A stretch of 62,723 nt of DNA, counting the filler, from Pirum gemmata (lineage: Eukaryota), in assembly GCA_002812295.1 (NCBI GenBank). It is 13 parts of 13 records of this genome, joined end to end, with 100 filler letters (N's around TTAATTAATTAA, not from the genome) between each part and the next. Parts side by side here need not be neighbours in the genome. Positions count along the whole stretch, not along the records: positions 37,862 to 42,428 come from PDIN01001056.1; positions 42,529 to 48,742 come from PDIN01001057.1; positions 48,843 to 53,423 come from PDIN01001058.1; 10 more parts are not named here. The stretch is one strand, 5' to 3'. This document shows, in pieces, positions 37,940-51,432 of this stretch; the stretch's first letter is position 1, and every line of letters begins with the position of its first letter. A program made the position numbers and the translations under genes. The notes below the pieces were generated by a model, which was not told where the DNA came from, searched no databases, and saw only the letters and a list, made by a program, of their open reading frames with translations.

Positions 37940-40330
37940 TGTGTTAGAGTTTCTTAGTAGTCCAAGTGGCGTTATTAAATACGTTCGTTTCTTCTTTGTT
38001 TGCTGTTTATTGGAGAATATTTTGCCATCCTATGTGCCCGGTGTTTTGATGTAGTGGGTTGTGGTTTCTCTTATTTCTGGATTCTTGATAATAGCTTTGA
38101 GTGAGCATCGGTCTAGTAGATTTAGAGCTCTGTCGGTTATGGGTTGTAGGTTTGCTTTGGATAGTAGTGTCCTTGAAGCGCTTCTTGGTAGGTTAAATGC
38201 TATTCGGGCTGCTTGGTTTTGTATTCTGTCTAGTTTCTCTTGTGACGTTTTTGCCATTACTGGGATAGCTATGTAACCGTAGTCGAATTAAGGACTTGTA
38301 GGTGTTCAAAACAGTTCTTGAGTTGGAGCCCCAATGTTTGCCTTTGAGCTTGTACAGTAGGTTCATGCGTCGTTTACTTTTGTTAATTAACTAGTGTTAC
38401 TGTATAGGTATTAAAGGTTAAGCTTGCATCCAGGATGTAACCAAGTAATGGTGGTTGTCTTTTACTTGGTATACCATTGTATGTTAGTTCTATTTTTTTC
38501 TTTTTTTTTTGCGGTTATGGAAGCTGTTGCTATCTTTGCGTTGAAAGGATAGGTAATGAGTTTTGTCTTGATCTATGGCTACTCTAGCTAGTTCTCCATC
38601 GTTTCATCCTTAAATTTTCGATTTGGTTGTTGTTTGCGGCTACTGTAAAAACTGTGATATCATCTGCAAAGAGTGCTATGTCAGGTTTTTTTGTGTTAGC
38701 TGGGAGTTTTTGGTCAATAATGGTGGAAACTAGATCGTTTATGAATTATATTGAATAAATTTGGTCCTAGTATGGATCCTTGTGGGACTCCTGTTGTTAT
38801 TTCTGTTATGTACGATTCAAAATCCCTTGAATGACCTTGTATATTTGACCTGATATTAATATGTAGCTGCGTAACCATTTTCTGAGTCAGTTGGGGATGT
38901 TTAGCTTATCCAGTTTGAATAGGACGCCTTCATGCCTAATTTTGTCAAAAGCTTTGGTTAGATCAATTAGTAATATGGCTCTGCATTTGCTTGTGTTTAA
39001 GGCTTCCCGTCCTCGTTAAATGACTCTGAATAGGGCATCCCTTGTCTGTCTATCTTTAACAAAGGCGGATTGGTATATGGTTATTAGTGGCTGTACGTGT
39101 TTCAGTAGTCTTGGGTTTATTATCTTTTTGAGGAGTTTCGATAAGGAGTTGAGAAGACTGATAGGCCAATAATTTATTTCGTTTAGCATGGTCTTATCGG
39201 GTTTTGGGAACATTTTGATTATCGCGTGCTTCCATTGATGTGGGATATGACTGAGATGCATTGGCTTGTTGAATATAACCACTAAGTGCTCTATTATGCT
39301 ATCTGGAAGATGTGACAGGACTTCATAGGTTATTTTGTCTTCTCCTGGGGCGCTGTTTTTCTTTTTGTTGAGTTCCTTTATCATAGTTTTTATTTCGAGG
39401 GCAGTAGCTATTTTGAAATGCAGTTCGTTTTCAGGTTTGGTAAAAAGTTGTTGTTGTGCTCCATTTATTTTTTGTTGATGGTTATTACTGTCGTAGTTGG
39501 CATTATCCTCTGGGGTGTTGTTGAACGAGCTTTTGAAATGTTTGGCAAATTTAAAGATGTTGGTTATTTTTTGTTCGTCGTTGGTTGTATTGTTGGTGTT
39601 GGTTTTTAGTATTAATGAGGCGTTGGTTTTATCATCATTATTAATATTAATATTGTTGTTGATTTTTTTTAATTGGCGCCAGAATGCGTTGAGTTCTTTG
39701 CATTTGCCATCCCATTGTTTTTGCCAAAATTGCTTTATTGCTGTGCGTACTTGGTGGTGGAGTGAATTGTATTTTATTTTGTCTTCAACTGTTTTTGTTT
39801 TCATTCTTTGTTTATTTTGTTTATTTTTTTTGTTAAATTAATCTCCTTATGTGTAATGGCAGGTCGAGTCGATTTGGGGTGCTGGGTATTTTTGTTGTTG
39901 TTGTTGTGTTTGATTGAATTGTATGTTGGATTGTGCTTGTTATGTTGTAGATGGATTTCTCAAGTTGTTGTGTGGTGCTAATGTAGCGAGGGTCACCAGC
40001 TTGGTATTTTTGAAGGTCGTCATGGTATTGTGCCCAGTTGATTCGGGTTATACGGTGTTTGTATTGCTGCAGTGGGAGTTTGAGGGTGGTTTGTAAGGTG
40101 AACTTGAAAGGTATATGATCACTTGTGATGAGCTGGTTGGTGCTGAAGTTGTTGATTTTGGGGAGAAGTGTATGCATATGATTGCAGATCGCTAGGTCTA
40201 GTACTGTTGGCTTTCTATTAATATGGGATGAGTTGTACGTTGGTTGGGTGTAATTTATTACTGCTCTATTTTCTTTTTCTATCCAGTTTTCAAGGTTTGC
40301 GCCGTCGTCGAAAAAGATTTTGAACTCTAT
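37940..40330 (-). mobile_element. Degenerate LINE (APE endonuclease C-terminus plus RT)
   Basis: PTVLDLAI...SDH (endonuclease); SAPGEDKI, QWKHAIIKMFPKPDK, NYWPISLL, GVPQGSILGP, LFADDI, LDRIQNQAAR; many stops and frameshifts. Confidence 0.92.
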
Positions 40331-40800
40331 CATTTTATTTAGTAATAAACACGGCCACATGGTACTTAGCCACCTGGTCGTGTAATAAATCATACATTTA
40401 AAATATCATATGAATACAAATTTAATAATATACACTATTCCGGTAACTGCTATCATGATAGATAGGTTTTAAATTTTATAGATTGATACTTAAAATGTAT
40501 TATAATTATGAAGAGCAATGGGTTACACCCCAGGGAGTAAAATGAAACAACTACCACTACCACTTCCACTATCACTACTTCCACTACGGCTACCACTACT
40601 ACTACTACCACTACCACCACTACCACTACCACTACTACTACAACTACAATTACAACAACTACCACCACCACTACTACTACAACTACCACTACTATTACTA
40701 TCACTATTAATACTACAACTACTACCACTGCGACTAATGTTACTACAATTATTACAACAACAACAACAACTACTACTACTAGTACTACTACTACTACTAG

Positions 40801-40850
<50 letters not shown>

Positions 40851-40901
40851 TTACTACTACTATTACTATTACTACTACTATTACTACTACTACTACTACT
40901 A

Positions 40902-41086
40902 TCGTGCTTTTCAGTTGTTTTGTCATCACAAAATATACAATAAAGAGTACCAAATTAATACTATATAAATACATTTCTTTTAATTTGGTATATTTTATTA
41001 TCTATTTATTAATTCAAAAACCTCAAATTAAATATTATAACCAACCAAATAAATATTCAGAGTGACAAAATAAATGAAAAGCATAA
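40902..41086 (-). mobile_element. MITE family A inserted into an (ACT)n microsatellite
   Basis: ...AC-TA|TCGTGC...GCATAA|TA-CT...; removing the element and one TA restores the (ACT)n register. Confidence 0.85.
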
Positions 41087-41102
41087 TACTACTACTGCAA
41101 TT

Positions 41103-41167
<65 letters not shown>

Positions 41168-41177
41168 AACAACAACA

Positions 41178-41210
<33 letters not shown>

Positions 41211-41327
41211 NNNNNNNNNNNNNNNNNNNNNNNNNNNNNNNNNNNNNNNNNNNNNNNNNNNNNNNNNNNNNNNNNNNNNNNNNNNNNNNNNNNNNNNNNN
41301 NNNNNNCTACTACTACTACTACTACTG

Positions 41328-41364
<37 letters not shown>

Positions 41365-41465
41365 CTACTACTACTACTACTACTACCTACTACTACTACT
41401 ACTACTACTACTATATACATAATACATATTATATTTCTTTTTTTAATCAATTTATTATCCTATTA

Positions 41466-42355
41466 TTAAGTAAGCAGGTTTTTGTAATTAAAAACTTCTG
41501 TATATTTCTGTATAATAACATTCAAAGACAATTTTTTTTTCACATCCTCCATTATTTGCAAACCCTTATTCCACTCCACTTTCCCATTATTAAAATCAAA
41601 TTCCACAAAATCAAACATTTTTTTCAAAGAATCAAGACTAGTGTTATAAACGATAAAAGGGTAAGTGGGAGGTAAAACATCTTTTATCGATTCATCGTAA
41701 GTAGTAATTATATTATGTCCTAAACAAGCTGCAGTTGCTAACTTAGCACTGGTTTTAAACCTAGAAACCGAAGAAAACGGTTTTCGAATATTAATATCAC
41801 AATTATGAAAAGATTCATTAAACACTTTACTTACTACATGTCCTTCAAAAATATCAGTACCATTACTATAAACACGATCACTAACATCCTCATTAAGCTC
41901 TGTATCATAAAAACTAATATTTTTATAAAGCATTATTTGTTGATAATGTAAAAAATTAGACGTATGTACTAATGATTTTATCGATCCCATATACCCAAAT
42001 ACTAAACTATCTGGGGTGTGTAAAACGGTTTTTACATGGTTAAAGCCTTCATCCCAATGGTGAGGTATGGCGATTAGTTTTCCTTTAAACCCATTTTTGC
42101 GAAAGTAATTTTTCATGTAATTATTATTTACAATTAAACCATCATAAAAATGATGACTAACTTGAAAATCTATTAATTTTTTGGAATATAAATATTTATC
42201 AACAATATCTAGATAATGAATGTTGTTAGGTTTAAATTTTTTCATCATTTTTAGTTTATTCTGATATAATAGCATATTTTCAGGACCAATCCAAATAAAC
42301 ATGCAATGTTCCATTTTTGAAAGTAATAAAATATTTTTAATAGATAGCACTCGCC
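41466..42355 (-). CDS. Glycosyltransferase-like (GT-B/GT4-like) protein, large terminal exon
   Basis: Open 295-codon frame with IPHHWD, FGYMGS, FKTSAKLATAACLG and TYPF; preceded by a TACAG acceptor (AG at 42357-42356). Confidence 0.55.
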
Positions 42356-43319
42356 CTGTATTATTTTATTTATGGGGGGGATAAATAATAAAAATAATAT
42401 TAATATTATTAATAATAATAATAATAATNNNNNNNNNNNNNNNNNNNNNNNNNNNNNNNNNNNNNNNNNNNNTTAATTAATTAANNNNNNNNNNNNNNNN
42501 NNNNNNNNNNNNNNNNNNNNNNNNNNNNAATAATAATAATAAATACATTCCAAAACAAAAAATCAAAAACTATAAAAAACAAGTGGTCATAATAATGCAA
42601 AAATAAAAAAACAATAATAAAATATTACAACGTATTGGCTCGTTTTCGCGCCATTTTCTTTTTGGAACTCTTTTCTTTTTCTTGTTGTTCTCTTTCTTCT
42701 GTTTCTTCTTCGTTAAGTCTTTCTTGCGCTTTCTCGTTCATAGTAGCAATCAACGACTCGTATAATTTATCTACACCATTATTTATTATGAAGGTTAATT
42801 TTGTAGTCTTTTTAATTTGTGCAATTTTTATTAACACCCAAAATATTGAAAAACAGATATAACCATTATATAGTGAAAATTTAGTTTTTGAAGAATATTG
42901 CGCGTGAATAATTGTATTCAAACAGTAACGACATATGATGATATTTAGCATGTGCAAATAACATATGTATAGTTAGTTTTCTATTTTTTGCTTTCTCAAT
43001 TCAATACTTAATAGAATAAGTTAATTAGTGAATTTTTAGCTGGACGAGTCCAACTTGAAAAATCGAAAGGTGAGGACCGGTCCGAGAAAAAAAAATACCC
43101 ATTAACCAATCAAGTGCTCCTATTGTTAGTTGGACTGGGCTTGGAAGGATTGGAAGGCTTGGAAGTCCAAAAAAAAAAAAGAAAAAAAAAAACTAAAACT
43201 AAAACCCAGTCCAGCCCAATCCTGTTCCAAATTTGGGACTTTATGCTTCTAAATAAATATTTCAAATTCAAAAGCCAAACACCAAAAAAACAAAAAAGCC
43301 GAAAACCAATAACTAACAA

Positions 43320-43755
43320 CCAAAAACCAAAAACCAAAAACCAAAAACCAAAAACCAAAAATCAAAAATCAAAACCAAAAACCAAAAACCAAAAACCAAA
43401 AACCAAAAACCAAAAACCCAAAACCCAAAACCCAAAACCCAAAACCCAAAACCCAAAACCCAAAACCCAAAACCCAAAACCCAAAACCAAAAACAAAANN
43501 NNNNNNNNNNNNNNNNNNNNNNNNNNNNNNNNNNNNNNNNNNNNNNNNNNNNNNNNNNNNNNCCCAAAACCCAAAACCCAAAACCCAAAACCCAAAACCC
43601 AAAACCCAAAACCCAAAACCCAAAACCCAAAACACAAAACCCAAAACACAAAACACAAAACACAAAACACAAAACACAAAACACAAAACACAAAACCAAA
43701 AACATAAAACCCAAAACACAAAACACAAAACACAAAACACAAAACACAAAACCCC
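43320..43755. repeat. Graded microsatellite (AAAAACC)n > (AAAACCC)n > (AAAACAC)n
   Basis: 7-bp units changing stepwise along the tract. Confidence 0.9.
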
Positions 43756-44032
43756 AACCTACCCTAGAAAAGAAAGAAAAGGAATAAAGAAAAAGAGAAT
43801 AGTGAGAAAAGGAGACCAAACCTTTTTCGGATTTCTCTCGATTGACTTTCTTCTTTTTAATAGATATTTCTTCATCGCAATTTCCTTCTTCCTTTCCTTC
43901 TATTTCCATCTATATACAGAATACACATGTTTTTCGTTAGTACTAAATATTTAATTACTACTGTGTTGCTATTACTACTACTACTACTACTACTACTAGT
44001 ACTACTAGTACTACTGCTACTAGTACTACTAG

Positions 44033-44063
<31 letters not shown>

Positions 44064-44064
44064 A

Positions 44065-44168
<104 letters not shown>

Positions 44169-44179
44169 NAATAATAAAC

Positions 44180-45000
44180 GGTATAACAGATCTAGACGTG
44201 AGTGCGATTATACTACACAAGGTCTCCTTGCCACAATACCTGTTGTTTTAGAAAGTGTGCCTCACTCAAAGTACAGTTGCAAAGTTCTTTATTATAGAAG
44301 ATGCAGAATCCTAGTTTATCTTTATGACAAAAAGTTAAATAGATTTATAATTAAATATATATTTAAGGTTTTTTACGGTTATATATATTATAATACATCA
44401 TTATAATTAATTGCTCATAAATAGATTTAAATATATTATATAGAGTAATTATACATAGTTCGAGATGGCAAGGATTAATCCTATAGCTATGGGATATAAT
44501 ACATTTAGTCACACTTACTTACTTTTTTGCCGTGGTGATAAAAGTCCGTTCAGAACGCGTATGGAATTTAGGGATTATTATTCACTGTCCCTGGTCGACG
44601 TTTATCTTCTATTACTAGTGGTAGTTCACCATTAGGAATTTGCCCAAAGAAGCTTTTAATTAAGGTTATAATTAGGTTGGTTTTACAGCCCTCTTATAGT
44701 GGATTACTTGGTAAGTAGTGTGCTGCTCTTACTATTGCAGCGTGCATTGTGCTCCATTTTAACTATTTATTCTCTGGTTATTAACGGTTTGGATTCAAGC
44801 AATAGCTGATGCTGATACCCCAAAAGATTTTGATACTCAGTGTACTGATTTTAAGCCATTTTATTCTCGTTACCTTAATGGAGCTTGGTAACCTCTTCCT
44901 TCGTTTAGGAGGGATTGTGCTCCACTCAAACTATAATATATGCGTTCTCCAGGTTGTTAAAGGTGCTTGTTAACTTGGTTAGGCATACTGAAGTTGTGAT
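44180..45000 (-). pseudogene. Highly decayed non-LTR reverse transcriptase fragment
   Basis: Broken motifs on the minus strand resembling ISTLS..KIF, SERTF, IP.GLIL and LFNFFV. Confidence 0.45.
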
Positions 45001-45921
45001 AATTGTGATTAGATTCTTATTCTTTTTGTATATAATATTATTAATTACTATTATAATAGTAATATATTAATTAATAGTAATTATAACTATACTATTATAT
45101 TATACTATATAAACGAATTGCTACGTTTCAACTTACTAGACGACGAGTCAATTAACTGACTAGGCGACGAGTTACTACGTTTTAACTTACTCTGACGAGG
45201 AACGTCCCGGATTTTTCCGAAAGTCATGATAGCCGGAACGTTTGACATGTCGGCAAATTAAATTTTCTATTGTAATATATGTATTTCTATATAATATTAT
45301 TATTATGAGTGAACCAAAAATCATCTCCTGAAATTTTGCTACATTGGACTGTTTGACTTTCGGCTAGAATCAGAACACCTGAACACTGAACAAAAAAAAA
45401 AAAGTTTTTTTTAAAAAAAAAAAGAAAAAGAGGAATAAAAATGGACCACTATACAAAGTTTCTGATAAAAAAATTGGGTAAAAAGGGTAAAAAGATAAAA
45501 AAAATTATCCAAACATGGTGTGATTTCTGTGTGATTTTTAATTTTTTTTTTTATTATTATTAGACTATTTTATTTTTCTTTATTTTTTGTATGACATATC
45601 CAGATAAAAATTGCGACATATGATATGAGCTATATGAGCTCAAAATCCTAATCTGAAAAATCTCAAAATGCTCCAATTTTTTAATGAAAGTACTACCAAA
45701 TTTTGAGAAATAATCCAGCTAAGAAAACTCTATTATTGACCAATGGCCAGGTTTTAAAAATAATTTAGCTAGTTATAGTTTTTTTTTTTTTATGATAATT
45801 AAAAAACGTTTCTAGAAAAGAAGTCCAAAAAACCCTAACCCTGATATGATATGATACTATATGATATGACAAAAAAAAAAATAATAAATAAATATCATAA
45901 TATATATACATCATAATTATA

Positions 45922-46139
45922 GGAGGGGTGAGAACTCTTATGGCGAACTTTTTTGACCGAGGCACAAAGTAAATGTTGTTCGCCTGTTTCCCCTTACCAT
46001 TTTTAGTATTTGTAATTATTTATTTAGTAGCTACTTATTTAAGTAGTTACTTTANCTATTTATAGTAACTTTAGGCAAATTTCTGGAAGTTCGCCGGTCC
46101 GAGCATCCAATTAGTAAGATGACGTCATCTCATCCCTCC
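45922..46139. mobile_element. Mariner-like MITE family E (partial copy 19037-19181)
   Basis: TA|GGAGGGGTGAGA...TCTCATCCCTCC|TA; shares TGAGATGACGTCAT with family D. Confidence 0.8.
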
Positions 46140-46174
46140 TATAATTATCATATAAATTTTATTATTATTATCGT

Positions 46175-46353
46175 GCGTGCTTTTCAGTTATTTTGTCGTC
46201 ATAAAATATGTAAATAAATAGTACCAAATTAATACAATATAAATCCATTTCATTTAATTTAGTATATTTTATTTATTTTTAAAAGTATTAACTTTTAAAT
46301 ATTATAAACAACCAAATAAATATTCGGAGTGAGAAAATAAATGAAAAGCACAA
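46175..46353 (-). mobile_element. MITE family A (deleted derivative at 46518-46602, truncated copy at 47245-47413)
   Basis: Both TIRs. Confidence 0.8.
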
Positions 46354-48221
46354 TATTTATTACCATACATAAAAATATTATGTTTACGAAAAAAAACTGT
46401 ATCATAAGAAAAAAAAAATCTTTTTTAAATATTCTTGAAGGGTTGTTGAAGGGAGTTGAAGGGCCAGTGAAGCCAGTGAAGGCCGAATCTGTCACTATAC
46501 TGCTTATCAAATTATTATAGTGCTTTTCAGTTATTTTGTCATCATAAATATATATATATATAATTTAAAGATTATAACCCTCCAAATAAATGAAAGGCAC
46601 GATAGTCTAACCCTATTAAACCCTAACCCTAACCCTATCATATTTATATATCATAGATAAAAATCATGTAGAATTGACACTATTCTGAATTTCTGAGTGA
46701 ATTTCTGACAGCTGATCAGTAGGGTGTTTTATTCATGTAATTTCGTTATAGATTTCGTTATTCATAAATAAATAAATAAGGAAGTGTTTTTTTTTTTTTC
46801 TTATATATCATATTATGATAAAAAAAAAATAGCTGCCAGTGCCTAGCCAGTGCCCTAGTAGTAGGGCCAGTGCCTATCTGGGCCGCCCTATCATTAGCTT
46901 ATAAAAGTATGTGAGATGTGACTGGTTGATTTATAAAGACTAGGGTATGATAAGATTTTACAATAACACTTCGATCTGAACATCTCAAACTCGATTTATT
47001 ACCTTTAAAAAGAGAAACTAGATCTTTCAGAAAACCATTTATAATATGGTAGAAAAAAAAAAAAAAAAAAAAAAAAAAGCTTCCATTTTAGTATTTTTTC
47101 AACTAGGATTTTTCAACACATGTTTGAGAAAGCCAATCATATATTCATTTTTTGTAATGACTAGGCTCTCAAAGTGGCAAACTAAAGGCCTCGAACTAAG
47201 CCTCTCCCAATTCTGCTCGAGCCAGAGGCCCAGAACTAGTAGTGTCGTGCTTTTCATTTACTTTGTCACTCTGAATATTTATTTGGAGGGTTATAATGTT
47301 TAAATTGATATTTTTATATCAATACATAGATAGCAAAATATACCAAATTAAATTAAATGGACTTATATTGTATTACTTTGGTACAATTTATTGTATATTT
47401 TATGAGCTGAAAGTACTATAGTACTATAACCAACACTCAACAAGTTGACGTGCAACACTAAAGCAATTAACTAGTATTATAATAATGTCATAATTATAAC
47501 CTCTTTTTTAACCAAAGAAAAACAAAACACATTATATAATAAACCAATAATCGAATTATTATTAAACTCTTATTACCATACAAGTTGAACCATAAAAGAC
47601 GATGGTGTTTATCGTCTAACTCATGAAGCGTCTATGACAGAAACCAAAACAAACCACTAACAAAGGAATCCTAATATCAGATAAATGAAAACGATATTTC
47701 CACAAATAAATTACCGTATTTTATATAATTTATATTATTACACCCGGCCGCCCTTTCCTAAAATTTAAGAACTATTGTTTTCCAGTTCAAATTATTATTA
47801 TGGTTAAACTATCAGACATTTAATGTTGTATTTTATAAACAAGTTCAAGTATACACTTAAACAGTACGAAATTAAAGATTGAGAGAACAACTGGAATGAA
47901 ATAGACGATAAACAATCTAGTCATCTAGTACAAAAATTCGATTCACTAAAAATTCACTCTATGATAGTGGCAGAGGACAAGTAGGGGACACCCTATTAGT
48001 CTAGCTTACGTAAGCCAGGATTCCAAAAACAGGATTCAGTGGAATCCTGGATATAAATCTAGCCCGATTATTTTTTAATGCATACATTTTTACTTTTTTG
48101 GTATGTTTTTCTATTTATTTTTATATTTAAAAAGGACAATAAATATTACTAAAATGATAAAAACAATAAATACATTTTTATTTGCAACTTTTTGAAATAA
48201 TTCTATCATTTTGAGATTTAT

Positions 48222-48257
48222 CAAGGACTTCAAAAAAAAAAAACTTTGAAGTCCTTG
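48222..48257. mobile_element. 36-bp CAAGG micro-MITE with a 7-bp TSD
   Basis: GATTTAT|CAAGGACTTCAAA...TTTGAAGTCCTTG|GATTTAT. Confidence 0.75.
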
Positions 48258-48416
48258 GATTTATTATATAAAGTATGATATTATGATATATACAGTTATA
48301 TATATATACCTGGTAGTCTATATCGATATTTGTTTACTTCTCAATCTGACACAAAAACAAAAACTAAAAAAAAACAACAACAAACAAACAAACTGAAAAC
48401 AAATAAAATAAAAAAA

Positions 48417-48579
48417 ATGAAATTAATTTCGACTTCCTTTGTGTTGGTTACGTTATCAGGTGCCATTCAAGTTTCAGGCTTTCGTTTGTTTAGTCAGTGG
48501 TGGGGTGAAAAGGCTAAAGATAATGTTACTTTAGCTCCTAGAACAACTAATTTGGATAGAATTAGAGTTTCAGAAGATG
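48417..48579 (+). CDS. First exon of a secreted protein
   Basis: Signal peptide MKLISTSFVLVTLSGAIQVSG; GTAATT donor at 48580. Confidence 0.55.
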
Positions 48580-48704
48580 GTAATTTTCTATTGTAATTAT
48601 TTCAAGATTGTCTTTATTGTTTAATAGTTATTTTTTATAATACTTGATTGTGATCATCCTTATCCTTATCCTTATCGTTGTTGTCGTAGCAATAGTGATA
48701 GTAG

Positions 48705-48742
<38 letters not shown>

Positions 48743-49267
48743 NNNNNNNNNNNNNNNNNNNNNNNNNNNNNNNNNNNNNNNNNNNNTTAATTAATTAANN
48801 NNNNNNNNNNNNNNNNNNNNNNNNNNNNNNNNNNNNNNNNNNTAATAATAGAAGTAGTACTAGTTAGAAGATGATATTAATATAATATTATATTATTGAT
48901 GTGGTGAAAAAATAACTATTATATTAGTGATGTGGTGATATAATAAATATTATATTAGTGATGTGGTGATATAATAAATATTATTTTAATGATGTGGTAA
49001 AGGATTACATATAACGCTATTAAGGTCAATGCGTAGAAAAACGCAGAACCATTTACACGCACGGTCATTTCAGTGTCACTTCTCAATTTTTTAATAGGTA
49101 TGCCATACTTATGTCATAGTTGGGGTTGGGGTTGGGGTTGGGTTGGGTAGGAAAAATAATAAAAAAAAAAAGATTAGTCTATAAAAAAAAANNNNNNNNN
49201 NNNNNNNNNNNNNNNNNNNNNNNNNNNNNNNNNNNNNNNNNNNNNNNNNNNNAAAAAAAAAAAAAAA

Positions 49268-49302
<35 letters not shown>

Positions 49303-50327
49303 AGTTTTCCGACTGTTTTCGCACATCATTCTCACTTTTAAGTACCACAGAGGCTCCGACTGGATCTAGATTCTAGCTAGCACCCTTTCTTTTTGTTTCG
49401 ACATTTTAAATATTGACAGTGCTGGCAGAATATAAATTACACATCAAAAAAGAGATTTATATATATTTAAATAATCCACACCGTTTATTAATAAAAATTG
49501 TTCTGTAGTGTAATATAATATATAATTATGCAGATGAATTATGATATAATAATATAAAAAGGAAGGCAGTAAGTTTCAGTTTATTAAAGTTGTAATTTGT
49601 TGATTTGTTTCATAATACTTTGGTATAAAATAATAATTTAATAACGTTGTACTTTCATAATAATACCATAATTATAATATATTATATAGTTTATGATTAG
49701 CAATTAATTGTATTGTTCTTTTGTTGTAGGCTTTTCTATGCACTCTGTAGTGAGTCTGTACTGTACTGAGAGTCTGAGATGGGGTGGGGTCTACTCTTTT
49801 ATCTGTAGGAGGATATCCATAAAAAAAAAATAAAAAAAAAAATGATAATAATCGGATATTATTTTTTAAATTATATTTTAATTTTTTTTTTAATTACCTC
49901 CAAATGTGGGCCAGGTATTGTAGTATATTGTATCGAAATATAAATTTTAAATTTTATACATAATATACTACTACAACTCTACTACTATTTATATAATATT
50001 ATATACACTCAAAGTCACTCAACCTATATACGTAATATATCATATATCATAACATTATATAGATAGACTACAAGGACTTCAAGAAAAAGTTTTATATACA
50101 CTCAAACTATATACGTAATATATCATATATCATAACATTATATAGATACAAGGACTTCAAGAAAAAGATTTTTTAAAATAATAATAATAATATTAAAATA
50201 ATAATAATTAATAATAATAATAGTAATAATAATAATATATAATCATAGTAAAAATATAATCGCGATCATAATTTTTATGATAATAATAATAATAATAATA
50301 ATAATAATTGATAAAATAATGTTAATG

Positions 50328-50360
<33 letters not shown>

Positions 50361-51389
50361 TATTTATAATTTTCTTATTTATTGTATAATCATAACCCAC
50401 ATTATATTCCTGATAATATGACTCAATATGACTAAGATATGATAGCTAATAAAAGTAGTACTATAATAATCATTAGTATTCAAATCCCCTATCAACCTAT
50501 TTACCAAAAATTTACTGGTAAACTCATTTAATTTATTCTGTAGAGTTAGACTACTTTCATTAATAAAATCTACATCTAGTATTTCGTTCGTATTAGAATT
50601 ACTAACATCAATCTCTCCAGTTCTATAATTGAAATAACAACCACATAGAGTCCAGCGCATATCATTGCACGTATTTTCCACCTTATTTATCCAAATATGA
50701 CAACCAGGGTGTAGTTGACTGGAAATATTTCATTACCTTTTTGTTTGATAATTGTCGTAGTATGGATGATTTTATCTCAGGTGATTTTATTATTGTCTCG
50801 TATGTTTACGCAAATCAAATCAACTGTATTTTTTAATGATGCATATTCTGCTGTATTACCTAATGAATTTTTGAATAAATTAATATCAAAATGAATAAAG
50901 TTAGAAATATTATTACACTAAACATTTATTTATTTATTGAATTTAATTATTAAAAATAATTTTTTCCCTAAACGTAAGTTATTTTTTTTTAATTATAATT
51001 AAAATTAAAAAATGTGTGAAAATTATATTAATATTACTATCTGGTCAATGATCAACGATATATATATTATAATGATATTATTCAGCTTATTATTCCTAGG
51101 ATATTATTTCAGGGCTGTGTGTCACAGTGTGTGTAACTTGGTAAAAAAGTGTAAAAAACTAGCCTATCATAACTCTATCATAATAATTATGACATTGAAG
51201 AATAAAATCTAAAAGGGTTAGGGACTTAGGGTAACATAGGGTTAGGGTAGTGTTAGGGTTAGGAACTTAGGGTTAGGGTTATTAGAACTGTAATAGGTAA
51301 TATAATAGGGTTAGGAAAAAATTCATCTTTTTTTTTGTTCTTTTGTTACTAGGCATATATAGCATATATACATATTTAGAAATAGTTTG

Positions 51390-51432
<43 letters not shown>

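Noticed and set aside
40453..40974. Long poly-Val/poly-Leu ORFs (also 43114-43909, 43927-44406, 52613-52804, 53472-53760, 60315-60855)
   Set aside because: Translations of microsatellites or of the antisense strand of polyQ; no real coding signal.
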